This document shows, piece after piece, positions 1-13,418 of a DNA stretch of 64,000 nucleotides (its first letter is position 1; the number at the start of each line of letters is the position of its first letter). The stretch spans positions 1,364,001 through 1,428,000 of the forward strand of contig JBNJNM010000008.1 in the NCBI GenBank assembly GCA_052426225.1. The letters are read 5' to 3'. Made by a program: the position numbers and the translations under genes. The notes beneath the pieces were generated by a model. The model was not told the DNA's origin and made no database searches. It saw only the letters and a list, made by a program, of their open reading frames with translations. Origin of the DNA: Zancudomyces culisetae HAW-14-8. Its lineage: Eukaryota > Fungi > Kickxellomycota.

Positions 1-3000
1 GCAAAGCTTTGGATACAAAGAATAATGTTTGGGAATATTAATATACATTTACCTTTTTTTCTCACTACTATTTTTGTTTGTTATTGTAAATATGATTTTT
101 TATTAATATTATAAAAAGTAGAGTTATTGTTAACTACATCTAAGCTTCCCAACTCAAATTATATTATAGTCTAGGATTCTAAATGTAGTATTGAAGAAAA
201 TTGTATTTCAAAAAACCCACTAAGAAAAAATCATATTTTAAAAGTTGGAAACAAAAGCTGTGTTATTGTTAACAAAAATCGCAGTATCAAAAAGCCTGAT
301 TGGTGTTTATGATGACAAGTGTATGTATGCACTATTATCTCTGGTAAAGCCCATAATTTTAACGCTTTTGTAACCATCTTTAATGCAGGTAAAAATGCAA
401 AATTGAATTTTCAAGAACGATGCCAAAAGTTATATGGTGTAACCTAGCCTAAATCTTATTGTTTATTTATGTTGTATTTTCTGCAATTTAATTTTATCAA
501 TTTATTCAATATTTAATATCCTGGGTAGAAACTATTACGACGCTGATTGCAAGATAGGAGATATGATGTCTGCTCATATCATCCAATTTAAAAAATAATA
601 ATAAATTTACTTTTAACTATGATTTTTTTGTGCATTGGCCTACTGCATACAAATTCATTTACACTATAAAAAGTATCATAATAAATATTCTTATTGTAAA
701 AGTTAAAAGATAGTTAAATTCAATTTTACCACTTTTTCATTTTAAAATTATACGTACTTGTTCAAATGAGCCACTTGACGAACAATTAGTTATTAAACAG
801 ATTTGGAATTCCTCCTGTCTTCCTTGATTTTCTTTCGAAAACGAGGTTCTTAATTTGATGCTTTTGACAAATAGGCCAGAACCGAACTTCATGATCAGGA
901 CTAGATTCTGTGGGAATTAGGCTACTTTAAGAGATACTTTGACGCTTTGCCAATTATATATACTTTTTCACTACCTGTAATAATTATTACAAAATTGAGT
1001 ATTTTGCCTGTTTACTATCTTATTTCCATACATTTGTATAACTGTATACACTATTGAAAAGGTAAGCTAACTTAGATAGAGTTTTCAATTAAAATACATA
1101 AATTGGAGATTAGAATTAACTCTGAATCAATACAGTGTGAGCTTGGTATTCCTAGAGGAATAGAGAGAAGTTGGTTAAATCTATGCTTTTTGGGCTCACT
1201 TTTTGTATTCATGTGATATTTACTAATATATCGATAAATATAAAGAAAAATTACAGATTCATCACCTACAACCACAAAGTGCGTATTAATTACTCAAAAG
1301 TAGCTTAGTCTAACAAGTGTGCTTGCTTGAGCAACCTAAAGTTTACATTCAGTATAATGGGGGTAGCTAGTGATTTCTTTCAAGCAATGTATCTGGTTAA
1401 TTACTCTGATTATATAATTGTTTTGGCAAATTAGTCAAAATAGAAAAAACGCTATAATAAAAGAGTACTAAACATAAATTGACATTTGTACCCACAATAT
1501 GAACCGTGTTATTTGAAAAAGATACAATAAGACTGGTTTTGATAGCACGCAGAGATATGACTGGTTTTTGTTTTAGAATGATATGATTCATTTTTATAAA
1601 ATGCTAGCATTTTTTTCTGGTCGTGGGGGTATCATTTATCTTGCCAAGTGTATGAGATTGGGGCTTTTGTGACATTTTCTTTGACATAAGGTACTAGAAA
1701 TGTTTTGACAAAATCGATTCATTTCACAAAATAATACTCAAAACCAAAAAAGTAAATAGAAAGAGCAAAACAAATAACTTTAATGAATACTTAGTCTAGT
1801 TTGGATAGATGTGCACAAGTGAATACACGCTTTACCAAAAGCTATGATTTGTTGCTATTCTCATATATATTATAGGTACAACTTTGTAGTTTTGTGCCAC
1901 CAATTTACGGGGATATGCTTACAGTAATTCATATATTAATTCAAACTCGAAAATACCATAAGAAATCCAAAGGCAAAACAGAACGTGAACCCCCCCCACC
2001 ATACACCACTTTTCGATTAGCAATTTTTAATAAAACCAAAAAATCTACGCTTATGTTTGCGTAGTTTGAATTTCAAGGTATTTTTCAAGATGAAATACAG
2101 GGTAAACTCTAATTTTAATTTTGATCATTGCCAAAGTGTAACAACATGAAGCACAACTAACGCGTTTAAATACCCTTTTTAGAGAGAATTATTGCTTAAC
2201 TGAGCTAGAAGAGCGAGTATTGAATGAATCTTCAAAATTAGTCATTTTGAAAAATGATGTCAGGAGGGCTGGATTATGTCTTTATCAGTACAAAAAGTGG
2301 AATATATTTGCGGTTTGCGCCTAAAAAGAGGAAGAAATTTAACTCTGAATATATTTCGTCATAATATTCGTGTAGTATAAAATTTATCAAGATAATATTA
2401 CCAACTGGATAGACACAAATTTTTTTTTAAAAAAGTGAATAGATCAATACTCAGAGTTGAGGTAAAGTTGCTAAAAACGAATTATGTATAACGTTTAGTT
2501 TTTTTGAGATGCACTTCTTATACACAGTTTCCTATACTTCCAGGAAGTTACAATAAAAAGTAGAACTTGAAACGATTCATTTACCCTCAACGCAAGAATA
2601 GTTTTAGATTAACGGTGGCAAGAATAACTGTAGCTACACTCGTTACAATGCTATTGTTTGGTACCACTTCTTGTTTTAATGAGTTTGGAATTTAAAAAAT
2701 AACAAAGCTTTGTAATCTAAAATAGTAAAAATTTCATATTAATAATACAAAATATGAGTGTAAATCTCTTATATAGTGGTAGTGTCGCTGATACTAGTTT
2801 GGCATTATACAGTTGCGTTATAATTATCCACTTCATTTGTTGTAGGAAAATACACAATTCCAATATAATGCATGATATTACTCCTGAATTATTTTTAGGA
2901 GAAACAACAGATAAACCACGATAATGAATATTTTAGAGTAACCTATCTTTTGTATTTATTCAAAATGAAATAATAGAAAAAGCAGTTGGTGTATAGGTAG

Positions 3001-4984
3001 TACTGATAAAAATATTAAACCATAGCCTATAAGGTTTCCGGCTAAAACGAGGCAGCTTTTATCTGCTGGTTAAAATGTTTATTCTGGAATGGAGAGCTAA
3101 ATGTTTTACACAGTACGTGTGAAGTATAAATGATGTCTGTAAATCCGTCGCGTATAACAAGTAAATACACATAAAAGTCAGGCCATCTGATTGGAAAGTG
3201 TATTTAGTTTATTCATACGGATGGATCTTGGTGTGGTGGGAATGATGGGAATGGTGGGAATTTTGGGAATGTTGTGATACTCATCGAGTGCAAAATAGAG
3301 GCACTTTCATATGCGCAAACGTATGCTGTGTATTATTATAGAACAAGTACACACAACATGCACCCATACCTGTGTACAGATATGCTTTTACACTCGCTAT
3401 TGAAAACTCTAAAAATACACAGAATAGTGAAAAGCTTACAGACATTTCTATTTTATACTTTCAAAAAATGGCCATACGCAAACTTGTTTGCGGGTAAAAA
3501 GATAATCAAAGGTTATGGACATAAGGCATATGAAATTAATACACTGTGTTTAATACAGCCTAATACCGATTGAGAAAGTTCGAACCGAAATTATCAGTGC
3601 ATGGTTAATAACTCGAGAGCACTTTTAATCTAAGATCTAGAAATGTTAGAAAATGGGCTAAAATATTTAAAACTGCCACCGAGGGCTTGTAACGCTATTT
3701 CAGAAAACTTGGTTGAGCTAACCGTTTATAAACTAATAAAAGAAAATTAAAGAAAGCTACACCTTTGTTGTGACTGTCATCCTTTTTAATATCTAGCTAG
3801 GCAATATCAATTTATCTTACTTGCATTCTAATAATAGACATCCAGAAAATTCACCAATGACAAGATGTTGATACCATCGGCATTTGTAGGAAATGAATAG
3901 AAAAGAGCAACTTGTGAGTTGCATATTATTGTAAAATTTTCTTGATGAGCTACTAAACGTAAAAGTGCAACCCGTAAAAAAGAGTCTACGGATTCAGCGT
4001 GTAATGTGCACTTTTATCCGTCCTCTGTAAAAAGTAGTAAGGTTTTCTTATATAAGCTAGTATCTATCTTCGACAATCCTCCATAAAGATTAGTCTATAG
4101 GTGCATACTATCCGCGGTCGCTATGCTCTTCAGCGGTACCAATGTTGTTTTACAGACAGTGTACTATATGCGTGGTATTTATAGGTACAGATGTAGAATC
4201 ATTAAAGTAAGTTAAACGTTGCCCAATCATCACAAACGAGTGAATCTAAATACCAGGGTGCGTTCCCTTCCACAACACACATATCACACCACTTTACCTC
4301 TTTTCCTAGTATAATTTTAAATCACAATTTCTGTTTTTAGAATTTTATTGCAGTTTGTATTCTTTTGAAAAAGGATGCATCAATTGTATTTTTGTGCTCG
4401 CGAATGGGATAAATACCCTCCAACTTTACTTGATATTTTTTTTTATAGATTTTGCAATATTAGAAACTTTTAAATAGAAAATTTATGGTTATGATGGTAG
4501 TCATGTATTGGTGTAGAATTTATGTAATTGGTGTTTTATACGTTTAATTACATAAGTAACTGTTCTAAATTAAATAACTATGGTATATTTATAGAAAAAA
4601 ATCCGAACTAAGAAAAAGTACTAAGCATAATTTGTTTCTAGCATTACATATTAGTGTCTAATTAAAGAATATTCGTCTTGGAAAAAAAATAATGGTTAAC
4701 CTTATAAATGGTTTAAAAGAATGATACAAACGAAAAAAAAAAAATTTCCCCATTAACGTTCGAGTCGTATATCGTAGTATACTGGCTTTTGCATTTAAAT
4801 TTGAATACCTCATTTCATTACAACACACCCACAAGATCTAAACTTTTGGCCCTTCAATCGACTACAGTAACCAAAAAGCGGCTACTAGACAATCATTCAG
4901 TTCAAAACTAGTCATTTTGTTCAATTAACGACATTATTCATAAGAAAAACAAACAGATATCATAGATTTTATTCAGGCAGTAAA

Positions 4985-6346
4985 ATGAAGCCATTCACTT
5001 CCCTGTTAGCACTTTCATCTGCAATAACGGTTGGGTATGCCCAAGAGTGTACAAATCTCTTGGTAAGAAAAGAAATCAGAGATTTAACTTCAGATGAGTG
5101 GTCATACCATGCACTTGCTCTCACCAGGATGAACTCAAATGGATGGATTAAATGGTTTACGAGAATCCACAACGAGAATTCAATGGAGGTCCACGGTAAC
5201 TCAATGTTTTTGCCATGGCATCGCAATTTTATCAACGAATTTGAACAGACAACACGTAGATACTACCCAGAGTTTACGTTACCTTATTGGGACTCTGCAA
5301 GGGACTACTCTTCCCCCATGAACAGTGAGGTATTGACCTATAGGTATGTAGGTGGAAATGGTGACCCGGATAATAACTTTTGTATAACCAATGGACCTTT
5401 CAAGAATTGGAACCTGACTTATCCCGATGATGCATCATGTTTAACCAGAAACTTTACCATAGAGGACGGAAAAATGCCCCCCTGGCAGAGTCCTGAAGAA
5501 ATGACGTATATTACTCAAACTTTTCAAACTTACGAAGTTTTTGCAATGGTGCTTGAACAAAGTTTGCACGCATCTATACACAACGCAATAGGTGGTATGC
5601 TGCCAACCATGAACTCCCCAAATGATATGATATTCTATTTACATCACTCGAATATTGACAGATTGTGGTGGAGATGGCAAAACCTTGTTCCCAATGGCTC
5701 GACCCTCTATGATGGTATCAACTATGACAACTCAACTGCTCTGGTTACTGATAAGATTACATACTTTGGGAATACTGTGGAAAGTATTTTGGAGGTGGGC
5801 AAAAACGGATACTGCTACACGTATCAAGAAAATACCCCAGTTCAAAAGCGAAGTGCTGGCGGCTCCAGTGGCGCTGATGCCGTAATTACCAACCCCAAGA
5901 TGAATCTCGCCACCGCCCTTCCGCTTGATGTTCTTAAAAAGTATTTCCCAAAGTTGACTGCAGATGGTACCAGCTCATTTGCCGTTGATTTACCGAATAC
6001 CGTATCAACTCGCGCAGTGCAATTCGCTCAAAAATACGACAGGATGGTAAACCGAAGCGCAGCCGGTGCGTTAATTGATAATAGAAACGCCAAGCTACCT
6101 GTTGTAGGACGCACTATAGCCGACTCTACTGTTATAACTGCCAACACTATTAATCTTTCTACCTCTCCTGTAACCGGCGATGATAAGCTCGCTGATCAGT
6201 ATAAGATGCCATACCCTGCTGCTATTCCAGAAAGTCAATTAAAGATGAATAATCTCAATCTTGATGATTACAACAAGTATCTCAAAAATTCAAAGGAGTT
6301 TATAGATGCATTGAACAATGCTGGCTACGTATCTCCATACATTTAA
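4985..6346 (+). CDS. Secreted tyrosinase-family (type-3 dicopper) oxidase
   Basis: Intronless 453-aa ORF with a signal-peptide-like N-terminus. CuA histidines in IHNENSMEVHGNSMFLPWHR, CuB histidines in LHASIH...SPNDMIFYLHHSNIDRLW, the PYWD motif and a YxY motif (YCYTY) are all present. Confidence 0.93.
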   Translation: MKPFTSLLALSSAITVGYAQECTNLLVRKEIRDLTSDEWSYHALALTRMNSNGWIKWFTRIHNENSMEVHGNSMFLPWHRNFINEFEQTTRRYYPEFTLPYWDSARDYSSPMNSEVLTYRYVGGNGDPDNNFCITNGPFKNWNLTYPDDASCLTRNFTIEDGKMPPWQSPEEMTYITQTFQTYEVFAMVLEQSLHASIHNAIGGMLPTMNSPNDMIFYLHHSNIDRLWWRWQNLVPNGSTLYDGINYDNSTALVTDKITYFGNTVESILEVGKNGYCYTYQENTPVQKRSAGGSSGADAVITNPKMNLATALPLDVLKKYFPKLTADGTSSFAVDLPNTVSTRAVQFAQKYDRMVNRSAAGALIDNRNAKLPVVGRTIADSTVITANTINLSTSPVTGDDKLADQYKMPYPAAIPESQLKMNNLNLDDYNKYLKNSKEFIDALNNAGYVSPYI

Positions 6347-6894
6347 TAGCTATATATTCTAATGCTTTTTCAAAAATAAAGGTTCTTTTGTTTTAGCGGT
6401 TTATGATATATTTAACAGAGTAAACAATTCAACGTTAAGTACCCCCATTTCCTATTAAATAGCTTGTACATAGTATATTCAATTAATTGGGATTCTAGCT
6501 GTTTCTGTGAACGATACTGTTGACAAAAAATCATTAAAATAAGCGTATGGGGCTGGTAATACTAAAATTATAGACATTGATCACAGGTTGATCTATTCTT
6601 GGAGACAATCTTCATTTACTTGCAGGTCTATTATTATAGTATATGTACCTCATTGCTGAGAACATTAAATTCTTTATTACACTAATCTCGTCCACTATCT
6701 CTATACTTCGGCTTCCCCTTGACATTTAACCAATTCTACAAATAGACAAAAACAATTGTAGCCTTGAAGAAAAAAGGTTGAGTAATAATAAATAAAAATT
6801 TATGGTAATACTCGTTCATTAAAAAATATGCCTGATGACTTGTTCGATGTTCATAAAAACAAAAGTTTAATTATAAATAAAATGCGCAACATGG

Positions 6895-7275
6895 CTAGAT
6901 AACCTTTGGAGCCAAAGAGACTACTTTTATCCAATTCTTTTCCCGAAGCTCGCGACTCACTAGACCCAGAATTCTCGAACCAATTGGTTGACCCTGACTG
7001 TTCAGCAATACACAGGCGTTGTCATCAAATTTGATAAACCGTCCATCGGGTCTCGCGATTTCCTTCTTCGTCCGAACTATTAGTGCTCGCCTGACATCAC
7101 CCTTTTTCACTTTGTTTGCCAGTGTTGTGTCCGTGGCTGTTCTAGCCGATTTTATTGATACGACAATTTCATCACCAAGCGAAGCCCATTTTGCACTTTT
7201 CAGCACTTTAATACATTGCGCAACGATTGCACCAGAGTTATCTATAACGAGCAGGCGTGAGTTCATTTGAATCAT
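6895..7275 (-). CDS. MRPL38: Mitochondrial ribosomal protein uL14m (YmL38-like)
   Basis: [16 protein letters not shown]...[13 protein letters not shown]...[18 protein letters not shown]...PIGSRILG...SLAP is a typical uL14 sequence. Confidence 0.93.
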   Translation of the reverse strand: MIQMNSRLLVIDNSGAIVAQCIKVLKSAKWASLGDEIVVSIKSARTATDTTLANKVKKGDVRRALIVRTKKEIARPDGRFIKFDDNACVLLNSQGQPIGSRILGLVSRELREKNWIKVVSLAPKVI

Positions 7276-7934
7276 TTTTCGCTTCTAATCTTTCTTGATC
7301 TTTGTTGATTTTGAAATGTAAATTTAGAGGATTAGTAGAGGATTGGAATTAGATATATACTTGAATGAACTTGTGGTCCAAACTTATCTAGATAATTGCT
7401 GATTGTATACAGCCTAAAATACGAATCAAAAAAATTTTTTTTTCAATCTAGAAACATCAATTTTTTGAGTTGCGAAATACATTACCATGTTGTAAAGTTG
7501 GCCACAAACCAGCAAAACCAACAAACCAGCAAAACCAATAAAACCAACAAAACCAACAAACCTCGGATAGCAAATGAGCATAAAACTGTAAATTTTTTAG
7601 CAAATGAAAATTTGCAGTAGGATTTCGCAAATTGGTTGAATTCCAAATTCAGGCAACACACTGCTATTTTTAAGCTTCATACCATTCCAATTGTATGAAG
7701 TTAAGATTTTATGGTAAAGTCGTAAACGCTTGAGAAAAATAGGGTAAGGCTTTTGAGTACTAGGTTGGACTAAGAGCCACTCTAAATATAATCCGAAAAG
7801 AATGAATAGAGGATTCAAAAAAAAATAATATAAGTGTCATTTATCGAAGAAGTAACAATCATAGGGAATTACGAATATCATTTTAGCGCAAGGCCAGAGA
7901 AAACTACCAGCCGAACCAAAGGATTACCGAAAAT

Positions 7935-9500
7935 ATGGAAGGACATACACTTATGGGCTTTGCAAGCTCCTCTCAATTGTAATACATCTGAACTTTTACC
8001 AAGCTTGTATTTTTCAATTGCATTATTCGTTATTTATAGAGCTATGGCTCGCTTCACAGAAAATGGTGTAAATGGTTTTATAAACAGGAATAGGTTTACC
8101 TACAACAATTTGGAGTATGAGATATTAACGAATAGTAAAAAGGAAACGATAGAACCGGAGATGAGAGATAGATTGGGAATACACTTTTATTCATGTAATT
8201 ATTAAATTTTGCACTAAAGATTACCACGTATTGATGTACCCTTGAATTGATTAAAAATGGACAATATATTAGTGATACAGAGAGTTGGAAAAGTACTAAA
8301 GATTAAACAAGAGGTCATTTGTACGGCAGCGGTTTATTTTAAGCGGTTCTATCTAAAGTAAGTCTATAAAATAGTTTGATGTTTTTTATGTACAAAACTT
8401 GAGCTTACCAAAAAAAAAAGAGTATTTGGCTATTTCCAAAATATGAGACATAATTATTTAGATAAACATGTTTGCAAATATTAAAACAATAATCATGGAT
8501 GGCCATATGATAAAATTTGCCCAATGCTTACCACAATAGAAACGAGTATAGCATGCTAAATCCGTATCTAATGGTGTGCGTTTCTGTTTATCTTGCTTGT
8601 AAAGCTGAAGAAACACCAATTCATTTGCGACTAGTTTTAAAAGAATCTCGAGCGATAGTTGAAGGTAACGATACTAACACAACTAATAACGTTGGGAAAC
8701 TCGAGTAAAACGAGTGATAAAAAGTTTGACAAAAAATCCAATAGAGGTGACAAGAGGAATGGTAAATTTTGAATTTACGAATCAGGATGTAGCTGAATGT
8801 GAGGCGTATTTACTGGAGGAGATGGAGTTCTACTTGATAGTATACCACCCGTTTGAATTTCTTTCAAGGTGATTTTTTATTTATATCTTTCAGATCAAAT
8901 GCCATTAAAAATTGGAAAATAACTAAATACTGCAAAAGGAAGAAACTAAGAAAATCACTAATATTATAGATACTCACGCGACATGGGTGTGGATAAAAAC
9001 ACACTACAAGCAGCATGGTGAGTAACCCACAACTCGCTTTTATTTATTGCAATCAGTATAATTTTATCTAACCAATACATGCACACTCATATCCACACCC
9101 ACATGTATTACAGGTTTATGGTCAACGATCTCTACAGTACAGACGCACCCCTACTCTATTCACCTCATCACATTGCCGCTGCCTGCTTATTTGTCGCACT
9201 TACCACCAGCTCTAGTGATAAGGCGATAGAAACCGATACTTATTTTGAACAACTTGGCATTGACTTTGAACTTGTAATATCTCATTTACTATTTACACAA
9301 GATTTTTGCCTTCCTTTAGCTGCACAAACCAAAAGTGCGCAACTCTGATAAAGACCACAAGATTACTAATAGATTATACCTTCAACTACATGTAGATCAT
9401 ACAGATTTCAAATTTACTACTTAAAACAGCAATAACGAAAAAAGATTTCAAAGATTCGATGGCCGTGGAATATACTTCAAAGATTGTTCTGGGTAACTGA
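7935..9500 (+). CDS. SSN8: Cyclin C (Mediator kinase-module cyclin), about 8 exons
   Basis: GT-AG exons join to MEGHTLMGFASSSQ / ...KIKQEVICTAAVYFKRFYLK / NPYLMVCVSVYLACKAEETP / VAECEAYLLEEMEFYLIVYHPF / LQAAW / FMVNDLYSTDAPLLYSPHHIAAACL, ending in TGA at 9498-9500. The start could instead be the ATG at 7953. Confidence 0.85.
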
Positions 9501-9735
9501 ATACACGGCTTTTTTTAGCTTCTAAACCAAATGTAATCTATCTTTAATGTTGTTTGAGTCCCTTTTTAGTTTACTTTCCGCCTCGCATCACTATTAAGCT
9601 ATATCAAGGAGTTCCGTTGCGAATGTTATCGCCAAACAAGGCTAAAATTTACGATTCTAGCATATCTCACCTTGACTTTACTTGGTATAATTGGCATATC
9701 TAAACAAGGATCTTATTGATTTTGTCTAGCCCCGG

Positions 9736-11432
9736 CTACTGATTTTCGGCAAAATCCTTGGAGTATAGCTTTTTGTTGGCAAGTTCCAAGATTGCAGTAG
9801 CCTCAGGATTGTTTTTAATAGCCGAATTACAAGCATCGGAATCTGTCTCAAATTCATCAATGAATAAATGGTTTGTAGTCTTTTTGACCAAGAACACCTC
9901 AACGATTCCAGGTACAAAATTGTTTAGGGGGGAGATCGGCTCACTATTTGAATATGTGGCTGAAGGGTATGAATGGCCTTCATTAAGACTAGCTGATATC
10001 CAGAATCCAAAATACTCAAGCTGTCCCCCAAAGCCTACGCCATTAGGCAGTGTTTCTGTTCCGTAGTTGTAGTACTGGAAGTTGCTATTGATTCCCGAGC
10101 CCCTAAAACTTGCAAATTTGTTTAATCCTGTCTTTTCCTGCTTGGAAAGTATAAATAAGAAATTGTCATTGTTTCCTCCCCATTTTGACGATTTTTCAAG
10201 CTCTTTATCAATATACACCCCGAACACGTTCTCAAGATTCATGCTTTCGGAAACCAAAATAATCAAAGATCCTGTTTTTTCGATCACTTTTTTCAGCATG
10301 TTCCAGCTGCTTCCATCTACTAAACTAGAATACACACAGCTCCATTCTACCCTTGATTGGGCTGGCAGCTTTGCTTGAAGAAAGTACGCCGAGTAAACAT
10401 CAATCAAAGTGCTTCTTGTTTCCTTTAGGAAACTGAACGGTATCATTTTCTTGGGCGCGATTAACCCTTTCTCCGCCTCATGTACTTGTGTTTTGTCTTC
10501 GATGTCTATCTCTATTAGCAATTTTTGTCGGATTTTAGTAATTATAAAATGCTGCAAAGCCTTAAGTGCTGAATACATCCAGATCTCCTACTTGCATCCA
10601 CCATAACAGCTTTCAGCCCTGAGATATGAGACTTTAGCTGGCACACTATTACTAAAACCTAATTATCCTTAATCTTACCTAGTTTTTTACCCATATCTGT
10701 TAGAATCCACAAAAGTGCTGATTTAAAAAGCTTGTTAAACTGCTTGGAATTTGTCCAAAACTCTAAAAAATCCTCATATTCCATCATGCCTGGCGTTTTT
10801 GTCTTTTCAATCCAATCCGCCTCCTCCTTATTCCAACCCATTTTATCTTCATCCAGCGCCAGTTTATGTTTATTTTTTTTCCGTAAGTGTTCTGTGAGTA
10901 TCCAATTAATAAAAGCCTCGCTATATCTATTCGTGTTTAATTCGATACATTCGGATCCTTTACCATATCTAGATTTCCAAAACTTCAATCCCGCGTCTAT
11001 TATACTTTTACAGATTTCATAAAATGTCTTTTCCTCCTCCAGTAACACAACAAACATGTACACAAAATCCGAGTTTTCGCTGGGTTTTTGGTTAAATATC
11101 CTATCCATCTTTAATAGATACTCCTTGGCCAACTGCTGGCTGTCGTCAATATTTTCAGCAAGCTCTGTTTCCAACATTTTCTTATAGCCCTGTGACAATT
11201 CGTTCTATTTTGTATAAAAAATATGTTCAAGTCTCTCATATTGATATTTATTCTATCTTTTGTCTCGGCGATGCTGTTTATTATAATTCATTTATTTTTC
11301 GCTTACTTGCTCAAAATCCTCCCGAACAAAATTCCAAACACCCTCTTTTACTATTAATCTCTCGATTTTGTTGTGAAATCCTTCCAGCACATCTTCAATA
11401 CTAGTTGAATCTTTTGTAGCGGTATTTCCCAT
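9736..11432 (-). CDS. RTC5: TLDc-domain protein (Rtc5/MEAK7-like) with an N-myristoylation-type start, 3 exons
   Basis: Exon 1 begins MGNTATK. The C-terminal exon has TLDc motifs VYSSLVDGSSW...VFGVY...WGGNNDNFLF...FQYYNYGTETLPNGVGFGGQLEYFGFWIS...ATY...VEVF. Introns at about 11316-11205 and 10678-10512 keep the frame. Confidence 0.8.
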
Positions 11433-12332
11433 GTTTACTCAACGAGTTTTACTTTTATTGACTCCTTCACTTTGCTATATTATTTGTTATTGTATTACCG
11501 AAACACAGATATTCTAGTTTAGGTTTGATTCTATTCCGGTAAATGCACCTGCTCTAGCAATTTATTTATTTCGAGTTTCTAATTTTACGGTACCATTTAC
11601 ACTCCCTTTCCCTTTATATCTTTTCAGTTCATTTATTTTGGCTGGGCTACTATGTGAGTATTACCAATACCTTGAAAATACACAGCGAATAGTCAAATCT
11701 ATTTCTATTACAATTCCTGTAAAAAAAAAAAAAACAAGGCAAAAAGGTATGAAAAGTAACACGTGAATGAGATCCAATTGGCAAGCAGAGCACTGAAATG
11801 AAGCTTCTCAAATCCAAAACTTTGTTGCCATTGTCTATACTCCCAGTATTTTTGTTCCATCAAGTAGGTATTATAACAAGGTTTAGCTATATTTATGATT
11901 CCTTTGACATTGCTTACACTCATTTATTAAAATTTCACAACAAAATCATAAAATTTGCATCGCAAAAGACATGGTATACAACTACAACTCACACCATATA
12001 TTAAATGTATGAGTCAGAGTAACTGTAAATCAATTAAAAAAGGATACGGTTCTTCAATTTTACACTTGCTATTGATCAGTTCAAAGGTCATGAGCAAAAA
12101 GGCGCTTGTAGTTAGAAACTGAAGTAATAAATGTCATCTATTCACTGTGTTCCACCCGTTCATTATCTTCAGTTTGTTATTTATTTACATTTTTCATTTA
12201 TACACTCATTAAATAGATGGAAAAAAAAATCCAGGGAACATTTCTATCTGTGACTGAGAAAGTGGTAGAAAATAATGCTGCGGACCCAATAATGACATGA
12301 CCAATGGATACATATAGCCTGGGTATGGCCAG

Positions 12333-13168
12333 CTAAAATAAATCCTTTTGTCCAAATACCAAGTTTATAATAGAAATTATCACTTCCAGGCTGACATTAG
12401 TGGAGGCGTCTCCAGAACGCATTGAAATCAGTTTTCTGCACAGTTGTCGCAAAATAAAGACTTGATCAAAATTGAGCAAGTCGTCCAAGGCTAGCAGCAA
12501 CAAAAACAAAGAGTAGCACTCTCTATCACCCAGAATATCTATATCATCCAGCCACTTAATGAACCAGGTAAAAATCCGCAGGATATCCGTATTGTCCAAA
12601 TTATATAGCATTGCGGCATTTATTTTATCCTTGGAACCCCCGGAATCCAATCCACTCGTGGTATAACTCGTACAACACAAATCCTTCCAATACTTTTCCT
12701 CCTTCATCCTATGGAAGAAATTTTTGGGAAGTCTACTTTGGAGCTGCCGCCGAAGCTCAATATTGCATGGTTGAAGCCTAATTGACTCGGACTGTGCCTT
12801 AAAAGTAGACTTCCAAGTATTAAATTTGTATAAAATGTTTTCCTCCCAGTCAGAACTCCAGGTGGGCTTGGAGCCAGGATAACTATCAGTAACAGACGGC
12901 GAAACAACAGTGTTGGAGTCCAAAAGCGAATCAATACTAGCTACGTTTGGATAACCTTGAGACTCGAGTCTATTTATGATATAAAGATAATGCGTTGAAG
13001 ATACAAGCAAGTTTTTATGCTCTCATGATTTGCAAAAACGGATTTTTCGGATTACCTTACTCGTAGGATATATTGTTCGGCAGATACCGGCGGCGCTCTC
13101 AAATCTCCAGGATCAGCCTCCTCCATCACGGGCAGGCACTGTTTGTTGAGCGAAGCAAATTCGCCCAT
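12333..13168 (-). CDS. GEMIN2: Gemin2/SIP1 (SMN complex; Brr1/Yip1 family), 2 exons
   Basis: Exon 1 MGEFASLNKQCLPV...PPVSAEQYILRVR joins LESQGYPNV across intron 13055-12970. The C-terminus LFLLLLALDDLL...LRQLCRKL...IISIINLVFGQKDL matches the Gemin2 pattern. Confidence 0.85.
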
Positions 13169-13392
13169 CTTGAGTACGCTTGTGAGAAAAGGGAACTAAA
13201 AAGTGTTGTTGTGTAGAAAAGCGATAGTGCCCCAACCCCGTTATTTGTTCACTGATTTACGTTGTTTTGTTTAAGCTCTAAGAACTGCATATAATAATTG
13301 CTCGGTCATTTTGTGGCCAATAGATTGTAATACTTTGGAAATGTTACGCAATTTCTGTTATTTGCCATCACTAGCTCGTTAATAAATAAAAA

Positions 13393-13418
13393 GAAAAAAA
13401 AAATTTTTTTTTGATGAG
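13393..13418 (+). promoter_or_regulatory. A/T palindrome (RRPE-like) followed by GATGAG (PAC core) in the GEMIN2/UTP11 divergent promoter
   Basis: GAAAAAAAAAATTTTTTTTTGATGAG lies about 125 nt upstream of the UTP11 ATG. Function is inferred from yeast motifs only. Confidence 0.35.
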
